Source: Planctomycetota bacterium (GTDB lineage: Bacteria > Planctomycetota > B15-G4 > JADJEK01). From it: a stretch of DNA of 64,000 nt. The notes under the pieces were generated by a model. It did not search any database and was not told where the DNA came from. It was given only the letters and a program-made list of their open reading frames with translations. The stretch covers positions 32,001 through 96,000 of the forward strand of contig JBGAIQ010000006.1 of assembly GCA_044225365.1 (NCBI GenBank), read 5' to 3'. Positions 58,701-64,000 of the stretch are shown here, piece after piece. Position numbers and translations under genes: made by a program. The first letter of the stretch is position 1. Every line of letters starts with the position of its first letter.

Positions 58701-59172
58701 GGAGTACGCCGCCCGCGGAGGCACCACTTCGGTGTGGTGGACCGGCGAGGAACCCGCGTCACTGGCCGGCGCCGCGAACGTCCTCGATCTTCGGGCGACG
58801 AAGGCGAACCCGAACTGGGGAATCCAGAGCGGCGATTTCGACGACGGCTTCATCGGATCGTGTCGCGTCGGTTCGCTGCGTGCGAACGGCTTCGGGCTCC
58901 ACGACGTGGTCGGCAACGTGTGGGAGTGGTGCCTCGACACCTACGACGATCACTACGGTCCCGCGCGGAGCGGCGATGGCTTGCGAATCGTCGATGCTTC
59001 GCTGCCGCCGTACAAGATCTACCGCGGCGGCAGCTACTACATCACAGCGTCGGTCGCACGATCCGCGGACCGCAACCGAATGGCGCCGAGTGCGCGCAAT
59101 GCGAATGTCGGAGTGCGGCCCGCTCGGGATTTGTTGCTTGCGGGCGATTCGCGATCGAGTAACGAGCACTGA
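55735..59172 (+). CDS. Ser/Thr kinase - TM - coiled coil - FGE/sulfatase-modifying-factor (C-type lectin fold) fusion
   Basis: ARGGMGAI, HRDIKPAN, DWGLAR, GTPSYMPPEQ; TM AAAASVLVLVLAAATAIV; LPTEARWEYAARGG, NGFGLHDVVGNVWEW, RGGSY. Confidence 0.92.
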   Translation: MTEPTRVRALFERALRLPAAERVAFVLREANNDADLAYAVIFLLESAPQSGAPKTVQVDASLASRLKAAFGKDLDPKVSLAGDDSRMGDSSLLDNLLNRTATTSRYDFGDEIARGGMGAISRVYDRDLRRHIAMKVMLDDDPSRLARFLEEAQVTGQLDHPNIVPVHELGIDASSRVFFTMKLVKGETLNDVFAKVVNQVDGWNLTRALSVILRVCEAMAFAHAKGVLHRDIKPANVMVGRFGEVYVMDWGLARVIGRADTRDLRLKPDEGQSVVRTERRDMASDTPDSPLITMEGMVMGTPSYMPPEQAEGTIDSIGPHSDVYAVGAILYRLLSGCEPYREPGSRMSSHQILNRVIAGPPRPVHEIAKDISAELLAIQEKAMARRIEDRYPSMTALGDDLRAYLENRVVSAHATGAIAELRKWVQRNPALAAAASVLVLVLAAATAIVTQQKREVDSKNIALGRANDEITARKSEVEGQKRIVDAKIREFDQLAGKVHLERAIAREKDLYPPWPEKVDPMQRWLAEDAKRLLDLKPTLERTLADLRSRAMPPSDAERENARRTHPRSHELDILRHRLEWLRTRKTTSSRGASQDDPLLPSPIESKRAIEWNAYAWKRVDPDASKRLFGEERLALAAIRGAVAKIETGDTSMSLAAALDTLAWAYVANGLDEEARTASARALELAPPNKKADYRSATEALEAAIAALLGEAGANLESTLESQIAALESEIDSNRACSFALESETFLYSALSDLATSIATFETGTRADVEKRLAWAMHIDDLTKHHPNARHTWEEARAAIAKADDVVASKLYASSLGAGGPIDLQPQPGLVPIGMNPITKLWEFYELRSACDLAAGQDPATIEIPTHRADGSIEVKDGTGIVFVLLPGGRFLQGAQVGDRNASNFDPNADSDEWPQEVTLAPFFLARHEMTRAQWYRLSNGEEPSTNARNIAFPNDPPIGWCHPVESVEWTMCRDLFARHGMTLPTEARWEYAARGGTTSVWWTGEEPASLAGAANVLDLRATKANPNWGIQSGDFDDGFIGSCRVGSLRANGFGLHDVVGNVWEWCLDTYDDHYGPARSGDGLRIVDASLPPYKIYRGGSYYITASVARSADRNRMAPSARNANVGVRPARDLLLAGDSRSSNEH

Positions 59173-59186
59173 GGGCGCGCCGCGCC

Positions 59187-60443
59187 TCAATGAGCGTGAT
59201 ATAGATAACAGTCGACCTTTCCGTTCGACTCCAAGAGATCGACGCTCGACGCGAAGAAGACCCACTCACCGTTCGCCGAGGCTTGGAACGTGAAGTAAGC
59301 ATCGTTCAGATCCTGCCCAGGACTTTGGGCGACGATCCATCGCTCGCCCGATTCGAGATCGAACTCGTAGATCCCCGACACCAACGTGCCCGAAGCCGTC
59401 GTCTTGTATTGGACCGCGGTCATGAGGCGTTTGCCGTCGTTGCTGATCGTCGCCCTCGCCACGTAGAAGTCGTCGCTCATCCCCGGCATCGAGACGTCGA
59501 TCGGCCGCAGCTCGGACTTCTTGCGATCGAAGAGGATGATGTTGCCGGGATTCAGCGGGAAACCGAGGTTGAGGGAGGAGGTGTACATCACCACGAACTG
59601 CCCATTCCGCGAGTTCGCCATGAGCGCGCTGCTCGACGCGCCTTGGATGCCGGAAGGGTTCTTCGTGACGAGCGTCGTCGTCGCGAGCTTGCGATCGCGC
59701 ATGTAGATCTGGAAGCTCGTGCCGAATCCGAGATTCGTCGCATTCGACGAGAAGAAGACGAACCGCGCGTCTCCGGACATCGAGACGTCGTAGATGTAGC
59801 TGTCGAGCGCCAGCCCTTGCTGGTTCACGGTGACGAGTTCCGTCGTTCCCGTCTTCACGTCGTGGAGGTAGCCGCGATTCGTGTAGGAAGACGAGTTGGA
59901 GAGCATGTTGTTCGAACTCGTGTGGAACAGGATGAAGCGCCCATCCTCCGAGATCGTGTCGAGGTATGCGTCGGAGTTGGCGACTTCGCCGTTCGGCCCG
60001 ATCGAGACGTGACGAAGCTCCCCGGTCTTGGTGTCCCGCCAGAACACGCGGGGCGACCCGCCGGGCGGACCCGAGAGCCCGAGCGAGGACTCGCACACGA
60101 ACGCGACATACCGACCCGACTTGCTGAGACGTGAATTCCAGCAGTCGAGGTTCGCGAGCTGCCCGCCCACCATCTTCGAGAGTACCGCTCCGGGCGCTCC
60201 ACTGCGCTTGAAGCCGATCACCTGATCGAATCCGTTGTACGTCCCCGGCCCGAAGTTCGACGCGGTCGTGGTGAGCGCCAGCTTCTTGCCATTGCTCGTG
60301 ATCTGGGGCGAGAACGAGTGATCGTTTCCGGCATTGCCGTCGCTCGCCTTGGAAATCAGCGCATAGTTGCCGGGCTTGATCTGCGCGGCAGGAGCGAGCG
60401 ACGAGAGACCGAGTGCGACGAGGGCGGAGCAGGCGAGACGCAT
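59187..60443 (-). CDS. Secreted TolB-like/PD40 beta-propeller protein
   Basis: Signal peptide; repeats ISEDGRFILF, MSGDARFVFFSS, NSRNGQFVV, ISNDGKRL, ASANGEWVFFAS. Confidence 0.85.
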   Translation of the reverse strand: MRLACSALVALGLSSLAPAAQIKPGNYALISKASDGNAGNDHSFSPQITSNGKKLALTTTASNFGPGTYNGFDQVIGFKRSGAPGAVLSKMVGGQLANLDCWNSRLSKSGRYVAFVCESSLGLSGPPGGSPRVFWRDTKTGELRHVSIGPNGEVANSDAYLDTISEDGRFILFHTSSNNMLSNSSSYTNRGYLHDVKTGTTELVTVNQQGLALDSYIYDVSMSGDARFVFFSSNATNLGFGTSFQIYMRDRKLATTTLVTKNPSGIQGASSSALMANSRNGQFVVMYTSSLNLGFPLNPGNIILFDRKKSELRPIDVSMPGMSDDFYVARATISNDGKRLMTAVQYKTTASGTLVSGIYEFDLESGERWIVAQSPGQDLNDAYFTFQASANGEWVFFASSVDLLESNGKVDCYLYHAH

Positions 60444-60681
60444 GGGAGCGGACTCCGAAGGATCGAGAACGTGTCTACGAACCTGTGGATCCAGGCGGCA
60501 CGCCCGACCGACCCTTGGATTCTCGGAAGTTCCTCCGCGGCCGGACGCGTCGAACCCGCCACGGCGGCACCGGCGTCTCCAAATTCGGGCCCTGAAGCGT
60601 GTTGAGACACGCCAACTGGCGGAGTCGTCCTGAACGAACGGGGCAGGCTCGTCGATCGTTGAGGTTCCAAACGCGTTCTCG

Positions 60682-60709
60682 TTGGCGTTTAGTCATACTC
60701 AACGATAAT
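60682..60709 (+). promoter_or_regulatory. Putative sigma70 promoter of the AAA ATPase gene
   Basis: TTGGCG-N16-GATAAT, 8 nt before the ATG; AT-rich spacer contains near-palindrome tttagt-cat-actcaa. Confidence 0.45.
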
Positions 60710-60717
60710 CTTCCGGC

Positions 60718-61872
60718 ATGAACTCGAGACCGGACTGGACCCGTCGAATCGAAGATGCCTGGCGACGGAAATCCGTCGTCTGGCTCCAGGGCGTGCGCCG
60801 CTCCGGAAAGACGACGGTCTGCCAGCAACTCGACGGAATCGAGTACTTCGATTGCGAACTGCCACGCATTCGGCGTCGACTCGAGGACCCCGAGGCGTTC
60901 CTCGCCGACATGCGCGGCCGTCGAGTCGTGCTCGACGAAGTCCATCGCCTACCGAATCCGGCGGAGCTCTTGAAGATCGCGGCCGATCATCACCCGCGAA
61001 CACGAGTGCTCGCCACGGGCTCGTCGACCCTGACGGCCTCGGCGCGCTTTCGTGACACGCTTGCCGGCCGCAAGGCCGAAGTCTGGCTCACGCCAATGAT
61101 GGTCTCCGAGGGCGAATCGTTCGGCAACGCGAGCCTGCGCCATCGCCTGATTCGTGGCGGTCTGCCCCCTTTCTTCCTCGCCGAGGAATTCCCTGAGCGC
61201 GACTTCCAGGAGTGGATGGACGCCTACTGGGCAAAGGACATCCAGGAGCTGTTCCGGCTGGAGCGGCGTGCCTCGTTCCAGCGATTCATCGAACTGCTGC
61301 TCACGGACAGCGGATGCATGTTCGAAGCCACTCGATTCTCGCGAGTCTGTGAGGTCAGCCGCCAGACGATCCAGAACTACCTCGCGGTGCTCGACTCGAC
61401 GTTCATCGCTCATGTGATTCGGCCGTTCTCGGGACGTCGCGCACGAGAGATCATCGCCGCTCCGAAGGTCTACGGCTTCGACACGGGATTCGTCGCGTAT
61501 CACCGCGGGTGGCACGAACTGAGGGACGCCGATCTCGGCCCACTGTGGGAACATCTCGTACTGAATGAGATGCACGCTGCGATGCAATCTCGCGACATCC
61601 AGTACTGGCGCGACAAACAGGGTCACGAGATCGATTTCGTTCTGCCACGTCGTGGCGGTCGCCCCATCGCGATCGAATGCAAGTGGTCGGCGAGCAAGTT
61701 CGACCCTGCGAATCTGCGGATCTTCCGGCGGCTCTACCCGGAAGGCGCGAACTACCTCGTGGCGCAAGACGTCGAGCGCGCGTCGACCCGAACCTTCGAC
61801 GGATTGAAGGTCGAGGTCGTGAGTGTCGATGGCCTTGTGGAACGAATTCCGTTCGGGCCCAATAAGCCGTGA
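60718..61872 (+). CDS. AAA+ ATPase, AAA_14 + DUF4143 family
   Basis: Walker A GVRRSGKT, Walker B VVLDE, ATGSS, LAGR, RGGLP, PKVYGFDTG, nuclease-like EIDFV...IECK. Confidence 0.92.
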   Translation: MNSRPDWTRRIEDAWRRKSVVWLQGVRRSGKTTVCQQLDGIEYFDCELPRIRRRLEDPEAFLADMRGRRVVLDEVHRLPNPAELLKIAADHHPRTRVLATGSSTLTASARFRDTLAGRKAEVWLTPMMVSEGESFGNASLRHRLIRGGLPPFFLAEEFPERDFQEWMDAYWAKDIQELFRLERRASFQRFIELLLTDSGCMFEATRFSRVCEVSRQTIQNYLAVLDSTFIAHVIRPFSGRRAREIIAAPKVYGFDTGFVAYHRGWHELRDADLGPLWEHLVLNEMHAAMQSRDIQYWRDKQGHEIDFVLPRRGGRPIAIECKWSASKFDPANLRIFRRLYPEGANYLVAQDVERASTRTFDGLKVEVVSVDGLVERIPFGPNKP

Positions 61873-61914
61873 CCCCGCCACGGCAGGAGGGTCGGCGCGC
61901 GAGGGTTTCGGGGT

Positions 61915-62123
61915 GACATTGACGGCCGATCGGGTGAGAACTGCGGTCCGCGACAGCGTTGAACCTCGTGTCACCGCGGCGGTCGCCGCCTCGGACGGCT
62001 CGTTCGCCAAGCGGTTCGAACCGCTACCGCTTGGCGGACGAATTCGCCAAGGGCGACGTGGGCAAGATCGACAAGGTCTTCAACCAAGATTTGCGCCTCA
62101 CGCTCGCGTTCGACACCGGTTGA
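61915..62123 (+). pseudogene. Decayed N-terminal fragment of a Ser/Thr kinase related to 55735-59172
   Basis: Frame ending at TGA 62121-62123 reads NRYRLADEFAKGDVGKIDKVFNQDLRLTLAF versus SRYDFGDEIARGGMGAISRVYDRDLRRHIAM; another frame reads ADRVRTAVRDSVEPRV versus ASRLKAAFGKDLDPKV. Confidence 0.6.
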
Positions 62124-62204
62124 ACATGTCGGCCGAGGACCGAGACCGAAGCAGATGCGTCGGGACGATGAGGACAGAGGAGGAATAGGAATTCGGATCC
62201 AAAC

Positions 62205-63461
62205 GGACGCGAGCGCGCACCTTCGCACGTGCGCGCCTCATCCGCGCAGTCGGCCTCGGTTCGGCGAAGAGCCGCGGGAATCGCTCTTTGCGCGCCAGGC
62301 ACGATCTTTCACGGCATTTCTCGTCACCGCGTCGTCGCGGCCGCGATTCAGCGGCATGGAAAACGTGGCGGCGGCGATCGACTGGTCGCGCGGCTTTCAA
62401 CTCGAGACGGTTGGCCTCGCGCCCGATGCGCTCGAATCGAAGACCTCCACGAAATACCCCGATCGGGTGTACCGCGTCTGGCTCCACGGCGGCGAGCGCG
62501 TCGTGCTCCTCTTGCACTTCGAGTTCGAAGCCGGAAGGAAGCGCGATTTTCCATTGCGAGTCGCGATCTACCGCATGCGATTGTTCCTGAAGCACCGCGA
62601 GAGGATCTTCACCCTCGCCCTGCTCCTCGACGCGGACCCGAGATATCGCCCCAGTGAATTCATCGACGAAGTCTTCGACAACGAAGTGCGCGTCCGCTTT
62701 CGTTCCGTGAAGCTGCTCGATTTCGTCGGCCGCGAGGATGAGCTGATCGATTCAGGCAATCCGGCGCAAGTCCTGGTCGCGATCAAGCTGATCGATCTGA
62801 CGACGCATGACCCGAACGCGCGCTACCGGGAGAAGGTGCGCCTGCTCCGCAAGCTCGTCACGATCATGCGGGGATCTTCGACCCAGCGCGCATTGACTCG
62901 GTTCTTGATCCAGGGGATCATGATCTCGCGGTTGCGCGATCGCGAGTTCCACGAAGAAGTCCTGAGAGTGGAGCAGGAGTTTCACATGCCGTTCGTCACG
63001 ATCTACGAGAAGGAAGCCGAGGAGCGGGGGAGCTTGCAAAGCAAACGCGACGCCGTGGAGCGCATCCTTCGTGCTCGCTTCGCGGAAATTCCAACTCGAA
63101 CGATCGAGCGAATTCGAGCCATCGACGACCTCGCACGTCTGGACGACTTGCTCGTCCGCGCCGCGACTTCCGTCGCCATCGCAGACTTCACCGCAGCGCT
63201 CGACTGATCGCCGCGCATCGAGGTCGGCAGGGCCCACGAGCGGTAGGCTCCAACCTCTCAATCGCCTGCCGCAATGATCTCGCACGAGTTGGATCGAAGT
63301 GGACGCGAGCGCGCACCTCCGCACGTGCGCGCCTCATCCGCGCAGTCGGCCTCGGTTCGGCGAAGAGCCGCGGGAATCGCTCTTTGCGCGCCAGGCACGA
63401 TCTTTCACGGCATTTCTCGTCACCGCGTCGTCGCGGCCGCGATTCAGCGGCATGGAAAACG
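62205..63461 (+). repeat. 161-bp direct repeat (62205-62365 and 63301-63461): upstream region plus start of each Rpn-like gene
   Basis: Copies read identical except one substitution (cttcgc/ctccgc); both end atggaaaacg. Confidence 0.92.
62356..63207 (+). CDS. Rpn/YhgA-like PD-(D/E)XK nuclease (putative transposase family) with N-terminal in-frame deletion (283 aa)
   Basis: IDWSRG, KYPDRVYRV, LLHFEFE, FPLR..YR.RLF, FRSVKLLD, SGNP, C-terminal ILRARF..IP..IERI..IDDLARLDDLL. Confidence 0.8.
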   Translation: MENVAAAIDWSRGFQLETVGLAPDALESKTSTKYPDRVYRVWLHGGERVVLLLHFEFEAGRKRDFPLRVAIYRMRLFLKHRERIFTLALLLDADPRYRPSEFIDEVFDNEVRVRFRSVKLLDFVGREDELIDSGNPAQVLVAIKLIDLTTHDPNARYREKVRLLRKLVTIMRGSSTQRALTRFLIQGIMISRLRDREFHEEVLRVEQEFHMPFVTIYEKEAEERGSLQSKRDAVERILRARFAEIPTRTIERIRAIDDLARLDDLLVRAATSVAIADFTAALD

Positions 63462-64000
63462 ACGAACTCCGGAGCGCCTCCCAACACGACGAGTACTGGA
63501 AGGACGCCTTCGACCAATTCCTCCCCGAGCTCCTGCGATTCCTCGCGCCCGACGTCGCGGAGGCAATCGACTGGTCGCGTGGCTTCGTACCCGAGCCGCA
63601 CGGTCTCGCGCCCGACGCTCTCGAATCGAAGACCGGTACGAAATATCCCGATCGCGTGTATCGCGTCTGGCTCCACGGCGGCGCGCGCCCGTGCTCCTCC
63701 TGCACTTCGTTCGAAGCCGATGGAGAAGCACGGCTTCCCGCTGCGAGTCGCGATCTACCGCATGCGACTGTTCGTGAAGCACCGCGAGCGGATCTTCACG
63801 CTCGCACTGCTCCTCGATGCGGACCCGAAGTATTGCCCGAGCGAATTCTCCGAGGAGATCTTCGGCAACGAGGTGCGCGTGCCTTCCGCTCCGTAAAGCT
63901 CCTCGACCAGCGGCCGCGAGGACGAGCTGGTCGAATCGGGCGATCCGGCGCAAATCCTGGTCGCGACTGATCGCTGACGATCCGCGAGGACGCGCGAGCT
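63452..64000 (+). pseudogene. Second Rpn-like copy; intact N-terminus, multiple frameshifts after about 63685; runs off window
   Basis: MENDELRSASQHDEYWKDAFDQFLPELLRFLAPDVAEAIDWSRG...KYPDRVYRVWLHGG; homology continues in another frame (FPLRVAIYRMRLFVKHRERIF). Indels may be sequencing errors. Confidence 0.75.

Noticed and set aside
58900-59172. Diversity-generating retroelement at the FGE domain
   Set aside because: No reverse transcriptase or template repeat seen in the window.
41561-60520. Shared AGAATCC motif upstream of several genes as an ECF promoter
   Set aside because: Spacing to any second element is inconsistent among the few instances; needs genome-wide statistics.
60555-61884. 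11-bp direct repeat cccgccacggc flanking the AAA ATPase gene as a target-site duplication
   Set aside because: A GC-rich 11-mer is plausible by chance here; no integrase, transposase or terminal inverted repeats.

Overview
High-GC bacterial chromosome segment (roughly two-thirds GC by eye). Gene content strongly suggests Planctomycetota: two DUF1549/DUF1553 + DUF1501 pairs, an ECF sigma factor with a long membrane-anchored extension, three Hanks-type Ser/Thr kinases, and FG-GAP and prenyltransferase-repeat proteins. About 43 CDS are supportable. Housekeeping genes (malQ, tcdA, tatD-family, truD, pyrD, proS) are interspersed with secreted hypothetical proteins. No rRNA, tRNA or CRISPR array was recognised. 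Best candidates for undescribed biology: (1) a divergent locus at 1-8119 with two paralogous LPP20-like proteins, one fused to CsgG/FlgT-like domains, a Ser/Thr kinase, and an ECF sigma gene containing a strong internal in-frame SD-GTG start; (2) a circularly permuted F-type lectin inserted in a cytochrome-c DUF1549/DUF1553 protein; (3) an octamer repeat with G-quadruplex potential in a 650-bp intergenic region; (4) tandem Rpn-family nucleases with a candidate intragenic antitoxin start, beside a decayed kinase remnant. All family calls come from motif recognition by eye; no database searches were run.
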